Assembly (NCBI GenBank): GCA_000004695.1
Contig: CM000151.3
Coordinates: 3,264,001 to 3,328,000 of the forward strand
Direction of reading: 5' to 3'
From: Dictyostelium discoideum
Taxonomy: Eukaryota
DNA: 64,000 bases
Shown: one piece after another, positions 55,001 to 64,000 of the stretch
Layout of the letters: each line of letters starts with the position of its first letter
Position numbering within the stretch: position 1 is the first letter of the stretch
Notes under the pieces: model-generated
Databases searched by the model: none
What the model was told of the DNA's origin: nothing
Seen by the model: only the letters and a program-made list of their open reading frames with translations
Translations under genes and position numbers: made by a program

Positions 55001-56736
55001 ATAGTTTGTTGCTGTTGTTGTTGTTGTAATTGTTGTTGAAGTTGTAATTGTTGTTGCTGTTGCTGTTGTTGTTGTTGAGCACCATTTACAATCTTATCGA
55101 ATGAATCTTGACATGCTTTAATCAATTCCATACTTGTACTGAATATCCATGATTCTTTAAACATTGGTGCAAATGAATTTGGATATTGTTTAATTATCAT
55201 TGACATTGATGTAATAAATGATATTGATTTCGTTGCTGCTTCAATTGGTTTTTGTAATAAAAATAATAACTATATATACACACACACGCACAATTAGTAA
55301 AAGAATATTAATAATATTATTTATTGATTTTGCTAATTATAACTTACTTTTGATTGTCTTGCAAATAAATAAACTTTAAAATCAAATAAACTAATTTTAT
55401 TTTCATAAATTAACTTTCTATAATTTTTAAAGGAAGTATCTAAAATGTTACCATTACAATGAATACTATTTGGTTGTAAAACTTCATCAGTGATTTGATC
55501 AAATTGTGACCTATTATTTGGATCACCGAAAAGTACTTCCAATTCAAAATATTGCATTAATGCATCCTCATATAATTGAGCACGTTCATAGATTAATGCT
55601 AAACCTTCCTTTATGAAAAAAAAGTTTTGATAACTCCAACCTGGTGTTGTCCTCTTTGCATCCATTTTTCTAATTTCATCTTCATAGGTTGTTAAATATT
55701 GTTCTGCTGATGAAATTATACCCTCTTTCATTTTAATTAGAAAATCATCCCATAAATCATCTTGTTGTTTCGTACTTGTTGACAAACCTGTTCCACTACT
55801 ACCACCACCATTATCATTATCTTTATCTTTATTATTGCCGCTGCTTGTATTATTTGTATCTAAAAATCTTAATTGACAACAACGATCTCGTTTAACATTG
55901 AAATCATTTTTAATTCTATCGAAAACAGTTCTTGTTAATTTTGAAGTTAATTCGCTAAATCTTTTTGGACCTAATGAAACATAAACTATTAACCACTCTT
56001 GTTGACGTTCAGTCATTTGAGTTACCCATTGTTTTATTTTAGCACGTACAACATTCTTATAGGTATCAGGATCATCACAATGTACCAAATACAAATAGAG
56101 GTATGGTTTCTTGTATAGATTTTGATTATCATAATGTGCCTTTACACGTTCATCATTATATTGTAATATTTCAATTGGCATCTTCTCCACTACTTTTGTA
56201 TGTCCTGTTTTAGTTTTCCATGATATATTCTTTAACGGTAAATGATTTGGTAATTCTGCTTCAATATATTTCCAAATTGATGATTCATCTTGATCTAAAA
56301 AAAAAAAAAAAAAAAATTAAAAAATTAAAAATTAAATTAATACTGAAACTATATTGGGGTGGGTTGAGGGGTAATTATATGTATATATCCATAAATTTAT
56401 ATAAATATTATATTTTTTTTAATATAACATACATGAAATTGTAATATGTTCAATTATATCAATATTTGTATTATTTAATGAAGATGATGAAGAAGAATGT
56501 TGAAGTGAAAATTGTGTTGGAGTATTTAAAGTAGATGACGATGATAATGGTTGTGTTGATGGTTTTAAATTATTACTACTACTACTATTACTATTACTAA
56601 TTGATGATGCTGATGATGATGATAGTGTTGGAGATGTTACATTGCCACCACCACCACCGCCTCCACTATCATTAACTGATGCTGTCGATGATGTTGATCC
56701 ATTTAAATTCATAGAATTTGGTGATACATTAGACAT
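52025..56736 (-). CDS. trappc10: TRAPP complex subunit 10 (TRAPPC10 / Trs130) orthologue, at least 5 exons
   Basis: - E1 56433..56736 (ATG verified; S/G-rich N-terminus); intron GTATGT..AG.
- E2 55348..56294: ...LPLKNISWKTKTGHTKVVEKMPIEILQYND...YLYLVHCDDPDTYKNVVRAKIKQWV...WLIVYV...VFDRIKNDFNVKRDRCCQL...TTPGWSYQNFFFIKEGLALIYE...ALMQYFELEVLF...YLFARQSK. This aligns with human TRAPPC10 'HIYWTECCDTEVYKATVKDDLTKWQ/WLIVIV/IVDKIRNDFCNKQSDRCVVL/TEPGWSFCEYFMVQEELAFVFE/ALVQYDELDALF/YLFSRQCT'.
- E3 ~54590..55269 (LLFLLQKPIEAA..., matching human LLLFLQRPWEVAQRA). Its downstream splice junction is uncertain.
- E4 ~53940..54513 (...SREHWSYIEYAVKTRLSYCQKQLGHLVDY, matching human EGWALPITHTRKQLAECQKHLGQIENY). 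Its downstream splice junction is uncertain.
- E5 52025..~53890. Confidence 0.8.
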
Positions 56737-56861
56737 TATAACCTTTTTATTTTATTTTTTATGTTTTTTTTTTATATAGTTTTTTTTTTTTTTTTTTTTT
56801 ATAAAATTTTAAAAAATATACATTAGAAAATCTAGAAAAATAATTCTACAATAAATTTTTT

Positions 56862-56893
<32 letters not shown>

Positions 56894-57259
56894 TTTTTTC
56901 TTTTTTTTAAAAAATTAAGTTTACACACATATATAAAATTATTTAAATTTATTAGAGAAAATGAAAATTTAAATTCTTTTTTTTTGTTTTTTTGTGTCAA
57001 TTAAAAAATAAAAAATAAATTAATATTCAAATTTTTAAAAAATTAAAAAAAAAAAAAAATTAAAAAATAAAAAAAAAAAGATTAAAAAAAAAAATTGATA
57101 TTATTTTTTCATTGTTCAGTCCAAAATTGGTTTTGTTTATTTTTTTTATTTTTGGTTTTTTTTTAAAATTTTTTTTTTTTTTTTTTTTTGGTGTATATAA
57201 AACTTTATTTATATAATTTTATTTTTTGTTTTTTTTTTTTTTTTTTTTTTTTAGTTTTA

Positions 57260-57290
<31 letters not shown>

Positions 57291-57421
57291 ATTTTTTATT
57301 TGTATGGGTTTTTGGAAGGAAAAAAATTAAAAAAATTTGAAAATGATATCTTTATTTAATAAATGATCGGGATGATATCTTCTGATTTTATTATATTAAT
57401 AATATTATTATTATTTTGACT

Positions 57422-58184
57422 CTATCTGTGACTTGGATTTCTACTATTACTGCTACTATTATTATTCGTTGGAAAATTATTTTTATTTTGTTGTGATTGT
57501 GGTGGTCTATTTCCGCCTCCGCCCTGTTGAGGTAAAGTATTTCTATTTTGTGGATAATTATTGTTGCCACCATTAACAAAACTACCACCAGGTGGTTGAA
57601 CTTGTGGTGGTTGGCCATAAGGTCCTTTATTAAATGGTTGTTGAGTCGAACTTGATGTTGATGATGATGATGGTGGTGGTGGTGGTGGTTGATTATAATC
57701 TGTTCTTTGTTTTTTAAAATTATTACTATTATTACTACCACTACCATTTTGATAAGGTGGTGGTTGATTATTATTATTATTATGATTGTTGTGATGATTT
57801 ACATTTGCGCCTTGATATTGTGATTGTTGATGTTGATTTTGTGGTTGTTGTTGTTGTTGTTGTTGATTTTGTTGTTGATTTTGATTTTGATTCTGTTGTC
57901 TTAATCTTTTCTTTGTTCTATATTCATGACAAGATGGATATTGAGGTAAATCTTTTGGATTAACTGGCATTGGATCAGTCCAAAAATATTGATGATCTAA
58001 TGCTTCAGATGCCGTAATTCTTTTTTTTGGATCCATACATAATAATTTATCTAGTAAATCAAATGCTTCTTTTGTAAAAAATGATGGATTTTCACTTTGT
58101 TTTTAAATTAATAAATAATTAAAAAAAAAATTTTAAAAAAAAGATAAATTAGTTAGTAATGATTAAAATAAAAAGAAATAATAA

Positions 58185-58226
<42 letters not shown>

Positions 58227-59747
58227 TGACAATTTACTGTTGATAAAAATCTTTTAAACTTAAACTATTATATTCTCTTTTTGGTTTTAAAGCATCCCAA
58301 AATGGTAAATCCATTGCTTCTGGCCAATTATTTGCATTTGGTGAACCACAAACTTGATAAATTTTATCTAATTGATCGATTGAATTCCTACCAGGAAAGA
58401 GGGTTTTCTTTGATAATAGTTCAGCCATAATGCAACCAACAGACCACATATCAATCTCTGGACCATAATGAAAGGTGCCCAATAAAAGTTCAGGTGGTCT
58501 ATACCAAAGGGTGATGACACGATTGGTTAGAATTTGTTTTTTCTCACTCGAATTGAATGGTCTTGCAAGACCAAAATCTGCCAACTTCAAAATACCATTA
58601 TTATCAAGTAACAAATTTGACCCTTTAATATCTCTATGTAAAACGTTATTACGATGACAATAATCTAAACCCTCCAACAACTGTTTTAAATAACATTTAA
58701 TTTGACCTGGTGCAAAATATTTAAATGCTGGTGAATCCATTAACCCATTTAAATCATGATCCATATATTCAAATACCATATAAACACTACCCTTATGATT
58801 ATTGGATGCACTTGCTTTAGAAGTTACAACCTCCTTTAAATTTACAACATTTGCATGATTTAATTCTTTTAAAATTTTAATTTCTCTAATTGCTGTAATT
58901 GGAAACTTAAAAAAAAAAATTATATTTAATAAATAATATAAAATTAATATTATAAATTATATATACACACACATATATATATATTTTTTATTTATTTACT
59001 TACTCCTTCAACTTCATTATCCATAATAACTTTTTTTAACGCAACAATATCACCATTTGATTTATTTTTTGCTTTATAAACTTGACCAAATGTACCTTCA
59101 CCAATTTGTTCTATTTTTTCATGAGAATCAACACTTCTTGAACCCCAAACACTATCACTATTATTATATCGAATATTATCCATATTTGAAACTGAATTTA
59201 TTATACCTGTTAACATTGCCGTCGTAATTACTGTTCCATGTATGGTCGGTGCTTTATTTATTGGATTTGGATTTGGGTTTGGATTTGGGTTTGGATTTGG
59301 ATTTGGGTTTGGGTTTGAATTTATTGTTGAGGATGAAGATGTTGTTGATTCCTCTTTATGAGTTGACCCATTTTGTGGTAAATTATTATTATTATTATTA
59401 TTACTACTACTATTACTATTATTATTAATATTATTATTAATATTATTATTATTATTAATATTATTATTAATATTATTATTATTATTATTAATAATATTAT
59501 TACCACTACTATTATTATTAGTTGTAGATTCTCTGCTATTATTATTATTATTATTATTATTATTGTTACTATTATTACTATTATTATTATTATTATTATT
59601 ATTTATATTAGGTTTTTCAATAATTTCTTCTTTTATTGTTGTAGATTCTTCTTTTATTGCTTCATGTTGTTGTTTTTCTAAAATTTCTTCTTTTTTTATA
59701 TTTTCGGTTGTATTATTTTCTATGTTGTTGTTTGTTGTAGTGTCCAT
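57422..59747 (-). CDS. Cyclin-dependent kinase of the CDK9/CDK12 (PITALRE) subfamily, 3 exons, with N-terminal poly-N and C-terminal Q/P-rich tails
   Basis: - E1 59004..59747: N-rich region, then kinase subdomain I-II '[26 protein letters not shown]...EVEG'; donor GTAAGT.
- E2 58238..58905: '[23 protein letters not shown]...VFEYMDHDL...[28 protein letters not shown]...[10 protein letters not shown]...[12 protein letters not shown]'; donor GTAAAT.
- E3 57422..58094: '...[30 protein letters not shown]', then a Q/N/P-rich tail.
- The EG|[12 protein letters not shown] junction matches CDK9 'EGFPITALREIKIL'. Confidence 0.85.
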
Positions 59748-60540
59748 AATAATAATAATAATAAAAACTCTTTCTTCTTAATTTTCTACATACACCATAC
59801 AAAAACTCATATAAAAAATAAAAAAAAAATTAAAAAAAAAAATAAAAAAATTAAAAAAAAAAAAATTAAAAAAATTAAAAAAAAAAAATAAGAAAAAATT
59901 AAAAAAAAAAAAATGAAAATAAAAAAAGTTCCAAAGTATTCAAATAAAATAAACTTTCAAAAAAAAATCCTTACTTAATTATCCCTTTTTTTTTTTTAAA
60001 AAAAAACATTTTATTTTTTTTTTATAATATATTTATATAAAAAAAAAGGACTTCCTAAAACTTTGTTTGATTTATTTTCTTTAGAATATATTCTTTTGTA
60101 AATTTGACCAATTTTTTATCAAGATTATAGAAATAATTGAAAGCAAGAAAAAAACTAAATAAATAAAAAAAATAAAAAAAAGAAATAAAAAATGAAAAAT
60201 TAAATAAATAAATAAATTAATAAATAAAAATAAATAAATTTTAAAATAAAAATAAATAAAAAAATATAATAAAATAAATAAATAAAAAAAAAGAGAGAGA
60301 AGAGATAAAATGTGTTAAATAATATATTATTTTTTTATTTATTTTTTAAAAGTTAGTAATACAATTTTTTGACATAACAATTAATTGTTTTTTTTTTTTT
60401 ATTGGCGAAGAGAAGAGAAAATGAGGGGACAGGGGGAAGGGGGTGTGGTTATTATTATAATTATTATTATTTACTATTTTTATTAAAAAAAAAAAAAAAA
60501 CCTTAAAAGAAAAATAAAAAAAAAAAAATAAAGTTATTTA

Positions 60541-60541
60541 T

Positions 60542-60594
<53 letters not shown>
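60541..60594. repeat. (GATT)n tetranucleotide microsatellite, ~13 units
   Basis: 'tgattgattgattgattgattgatt...' is seen directly, immediately 3' of the 60668..63700 gene. Confidence 0.95.
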
Positions 60595-60595
<1 letters not shown>

Positions 60596-60667
60596 TTTTT
60601 TTTTTTTTTTTTTTATATGTAGGAGTTATGTATATATATATGTGAGTGTTATTTTTTTTTTTTTTTT

Positions 60668-63600
60668 TTAACTTGTACTTGATAAATTACAAAATAAAGT
60701 TGAAGGTAAATAATTTGTTACAAAAGAAAAGAAATTTTGCATACCACCCCAACTACTAGTATTGGTAGATTCTTTACCAGTGACCATCTCTTTATTCTTA
60801 TCCAATTGGCTAGAGAGTTGTTTTTCCAATGTTTTAGAATGTTGTCTTTCCTCTTGTAATAATTTTTGTAAACGCTGTAATTCCAATGAACTATTCTTTT
60901 TAAATTCTTCCAATGCTTTCTCTGCCTCTGTAATTAACATTTGTGCTGATTCATTTTGTTCCTCCATTTCTGATGTATGTAATCTAATAATATCTGATTT
61001 CTTTAATCTTCTAATACTACCCACATTAAATTGATCCTGTATTAATTGACTTGATGTTAAACCATTACCACCTATATTATTAAAACTATTACTGCTAATT
61101 GTATTATAACCTAAATTACTATTACTATTGCTATTACTATTGCTATTTCCTGCTATATTTGTCGATGATGATGATGATGTGTTATTATTATTATTATTAT
61201 TATTATTTAATGGAGAATTAACGGTATTGGATGTAGTGGTAGTAGTTGTAGTTGTTGTTGTAATAGGATTATTTAAACTAAATGGTGATAATAAAGCAGC
61301 AGCAGTACTTGTTGAAGGAGTTGATGAATAAATTGGTGCTGATGATGGAGCTGTTGTTGTTGTTGTAGATTTAATTGATGGTGATGAAGTTCTAATATAA
61401 TTTGGTGAAAATAATGATTTAATAGATTGTTCCTTTGATGGTGTTGCATTTAATGAAATTGATAAATTACCACTACTAATTTGATTTGGTAATGGTGGAG
61501 TCATTGGTGACATCATTTGAATTGGTTGTGGTCCATCTGAAACTTTTGAAATTAATTGTGAAATTGGTGGTGACGATAATAATGTTGGTGAATCAAATGA
61601 TTGATTATGTGATGGAGAATCAAAAGAACCCTCAGATGGTAATTGATAATCGAATCCACTTAATTGTTTCTTTAAAGAATCTAATTCTGATGAACCATCA
61701 TCATTATCATTATTATCATTATCATTATTGTTATTATCATAATTTATTGAATTTTGTTGTGATAATGGTGGAGTAGTAGTACCCTGTTGTTGTTTATTTA
61801 ATTCTTCAAATTCAGATTGTAAAGATTGTGGTGAATTTGTACCACTTGTGTAATAATATGGTTGTTGATATTGTTTTTCTTGTTTTTCTTGTAATTGTAA
61901 TTGTTGTTGTTTTAAAAACATTGAGAAATTATTATTTGCATGAATGGTTGAATATTTATCGATTTCGAATTTATCTGATTTTTGTCTACTTAGGACTTGT
62001 TTTGCTCTATCAATTGTTGGTTTTATTCTTTTACTTGTGAAATTAATTGAACCACCAGCACCACTTGGTGAATTTGTGCCACTACCTCCGCCGCCGCCTT
62101 CTTGTAGGGTGTCATCACTGAATGTTACCATCATTGATAATTTATTATTAATATTTTGTTGTGTTTTTAATAAAAGTTTTAATTTTTTAAGTTCCAATTC
62201 TTTCAATACATTCGATTCCATTGCTTCACGTAATCTATCTTTTTCTTGATCGATACTTTCACGTAACAATTCTTCATTCAAAGTTAATTTTGATAATTGA
62301 TTTTTTAAATTTTGATTTTGTACCATTAAATCTTTATTAGCGTCTCTCATACCATCGACGAATCTAGCCTCCTTTCTAAGCTTATCAATTTCTTGATCTT
62401 TTTTCTTTAATGTTGAGTCTTGAATTTGTCTAGATTTCTCCAACATTGATAACTCACTTTGATATGACTCAACTTCTTTCTCTAAAATTTTATATGAATC
62501 TTGAAGTTGATCAACAATTTGTGTATTCTTTGAATTCCATTGACTAATATTATTAGTTGATGTATTATTGATATTGGTATTACTATTACTATTAGTATTA
62601 TTATTATTATTAATTTTAACATTTGGTGGACTTGTATTACCACTACCACGTGAATTTATATTAAATTGATTTTCTTTTTTTTCATTATTATATCGCTGTT
62701 GTTGTAGATTTTCCTCACCATCATCATTATAAGTTAACTTTGGTGACATTGGATGATTTAAACCACCAAAACTTGATAAAAATAAATTTGCATCAATACA
62801 ATCATCTTTATCAGTTGGTAAATCATGTAAATGCATTAATAACTTTTGTTTTGGTATTTCTTTACCATAATTTAATTTTGTAATTAACTGATTAAATTGC
62901 TCAAATGTTACCATTGGTTTCGCTGTAAATAATCTATTAAATTTATTTGATGATCCACCACCACCACTTTTTGATGGACTATTATTTAAATGTGAAAATA
63001 CCATATTACTACCACCACCACCGCTGTTTGGTGAATCATTATTATTTAGTGAATTATTACCACCAGAAATTAATGGTGATAAAAATTTTGGTGTGATATT
63101 ATACTTTTTCAATAAGTCAATTGGTACCTTAAATTTTGGTAATTTTAATTTCTCAATTTGTTTCTCACGTAATTTTTTTGGATCTTCACCATCCATATAA
63201 CTTGCCATAGATTCTAAAAATGATTGAAGATCAACAAATGTATTATCTTCTTCAATTTGTTTCTTTTCATTTAATATTAAATCTTCAAATGATGAATCAT
63301 CTTCAAAATCACTACCACCTGTATTTTCTTGATCATCACCCTCTTGTTGTTCGTCTTCATTTTCGTCTTCGTCATCATCATTTTTTGGTTGTTCAGCTCT
63401 ATGAACAATTCTTAAAAAATTTAATAATTTACCAATTAATGGATTGGTTTCACTTGATTCACCAGTTAATGATTCAATCTCTTGTCTTAATTGTGTTATT
63501 GATATAATTCCATTCTCTTCAGTATCAATAGTTTTAAAAACCTGTTCCATTTGATTTATAAAATCTCCACCTGGTGATGCTCCAATATTATTTGATGATG

Positions 63601-63700
63601 ATCCAATTCCACCAAAACTACCACTTAAATTTTGATTCAATTGAATTTCATCCATTAATTCTTTTTCTTCATCATCTGATGATGAATTTGTTGAATACAT
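60668..63700 (-). CDS. Large hypothetical coiled-coil protein (1010 aa), S/T/N-rich, function unknown
   Basis: ATG verified (cat at 63698-63700). Features:
- an acidic N-terminal region (DDDEDENEDEQQEGDDQEN);
- a weak EF-hand-like stretch 'DTEENGIISITQL';
- long heptad-like segments (e.g. 'LEKEVESYQSELSMLEKSRQIQDSTLKKKDQEIDKLRKEARF...' and a C-terminal 'EAEKALEEFKKN...LQRLQKLLQEERQ');
- poly-T/S/N tracts. Confidence 0.65.
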   Translation of the reverse strand: MYSTNSSSDDEEKELMDEIQLNQNLSGSFGGIGSSSNNIGASPGGDFINQMEQVFKTIDTEENGIISITQLRQEIESLTGESSETNPLIGKLLNFLRIVHRAEQPKNDDDEDENEDEQQEGDDQENTGGSDFEDDSSFEDLILNEKKQIEEDNTFVDLQSFLESMASYMDGEDPKKLREKQIEKLKLPKFKVPIDLLKKYNITPKFLSPLISGGNNSLNNNDSPNSGGGGSNMVFSHLNNSPSKSGGGGSSNKFNRLFTAKPMVTFEQFNQLITKLNYGKEIPKQKLLMHLHDLPTDKDDCIDANLFLSSFGGLNHPMSPKLTYNDDGEENLQQQRYNNEKKENQFNINSRGSGNTSPPNVKINNNNNTNSNSNTNINNTSTNNISQWNSKNTQIVDQLQDSYKILEKEVESYQSELSMLEKSRQIQDSTLKKKDQEIDKLRKEARFVDGMRDANKDLMVQNQNLKNQLSKLTLNEELLRESIDQEKDRLREAMESNVLKELELKKLKLLLKTQQNINNKLSMMVTFSDDTLQEGGGGGSGTNSPSGAGGSINFTSKRIKPTIDRAKQVLSRQKSDKFEIDKYSTIHANNNFSMFLKQQQLQLQEKQEKQYQQPYYYTSGTNSPQSLQSEFEELNKQQQGTTTPPLSQQNSINYDNNNNDNDNNDNDDGSSELDSLKKQLSGFDYQLPSEGSFDSPSHNQSFDSPTLLSSPPISQLISKVSDGPQPIQMMSPMTPPLPNQISSGNLSISLNATPSKEQSIKSLFSPNYIRTSSPSIKSTTTTTAPSSAPIYSSTPSTSTAAALLSPFSLNNPITTTTTTTTTTSNTVNSPLNNNNNNNNNTSSSSSTNIAGNSNSNSNSNSNLGYNTISSNSFNNIGGNGLTSSQLIQDQFNVGSIRRLKKSDIIRLHTSEMEEQNESAQMLITEAEKALEEFKKNSSLELQRLQKLLQEERQHSKTLEKQLSSQLDKNKEMVTGKESTNTSSWGGMQNFFSFVTNYLPSTLFCNLSSTS

Positions 63701-64000
63701 TTTATTTTTTTTTTTTTTTTTTTTATAATCGTAGTTGCCTGATAAACTTTTTTTTTTTTATTTTAATAATTTAAAAAAAAAAAAAATATGGAATGAAATG
63801 AAAAAAAAAAAAAAAAAATGAAAAAAAATATATATATTTACAAAAGTGATTATTATCACTCTCTATAAGAAATTAATTGTTTATTATTATAAAGAAAGGA
63901 AAAAAAAAAAAAATGTTAATAATTAATTTTTATTGATATTTGAATTTATTATAAAGAAATGAATGATAAAGAAATTACTAATAATAATAATAATAATAAT

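Noticed and set aside
57391-57963. ORFs 57391..57747(-) and 57757..57963(+), poly-H/V/D rich
   Set aside because: They are alternative-frame or antisense readings of the Q/N/P-rich C-terminal exon of the CDK9-like gene.
59321-59781. Poly-I and poly-L ORFs overlapping the CDK N-terminus
   Set aside because: These are frame-shifted or antisense translations of the (AAT)n-encoded poly-N region of CDK exon 1.

Overview
The window is an extremely AT-rich eukaryotic locus. Long poly(A)/poly(T) tracts, (AAT)n microsatellites inside and outside genes, poly-N/poly-Q proteins and short AT-rich GTAAGT...AG introns all point to Dictyostelium discoideum nuclear DNA (inference from composition only). There are no prokaryotic operons, CRISPR arrays or rRNA genes.

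Gene content, left to right:
- A 5'-truncated Cu-transporting P1B-type ATPase.
- Several hypothetical N-rich proteins, including a tandem pair carrying a repeated 'LDG..ELL.KE.EI.P.F' helical module.
- A small, GC-richer C2H2-like zinc-finger ORF.
- The dominant feature, a 37-kb array (14.8-51.9 kb) of 12 paralogous acetoacetyl-CoA-synthetase-like (AACS-like, AMP-binding/ACS family) genes. Seven are intact or near-intact on the minus strand (14.8-34.0 kb) and five on the plus strand (40.8-51.9 kb). At least three copies are decayed pseudogenes and one has a frameshift.
- Between the two divergently oriented arms sits a 6-kb island: a secreted RlpA-like double-psi-beta-barrel protein, a class-3 lipase, a secreted Cys-rich protein and an HPP-family membrane protein.
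- To the right lie a multi-exon TRAPPC10/Trs130 orthologue, a CDK9-like kinase (PITAIRE motif) and a large coiled-coil S/N-rich protein.

Every AACS-like copy shares a conserved two-exon structure: a roughly 92-107-nt 5' exon encoding the 'PxxFWDEVAK..V.W' N-terminus, then a phase-2 intron of about 60-100 nt.

The array shows ongoing birth and death:
- a ~4-kb segmental duplication of about 97-99% identity (copies A/B);
- a duplicated [HPP 3' end + AACS] unit (39.9-42.9 vs 42.9-45.9 kb) whose second copy is decaying;
- dispersed repeat modules with nested inverted repeats;
- hexanucleotide microsatellite expansion inside the catalytic core of one paralog.

The supplied ORF track evidently allows TTG/GTG starts, so several listed 'M' starts are not ATG; I re-derived starts and splice sites by reading the sequence.
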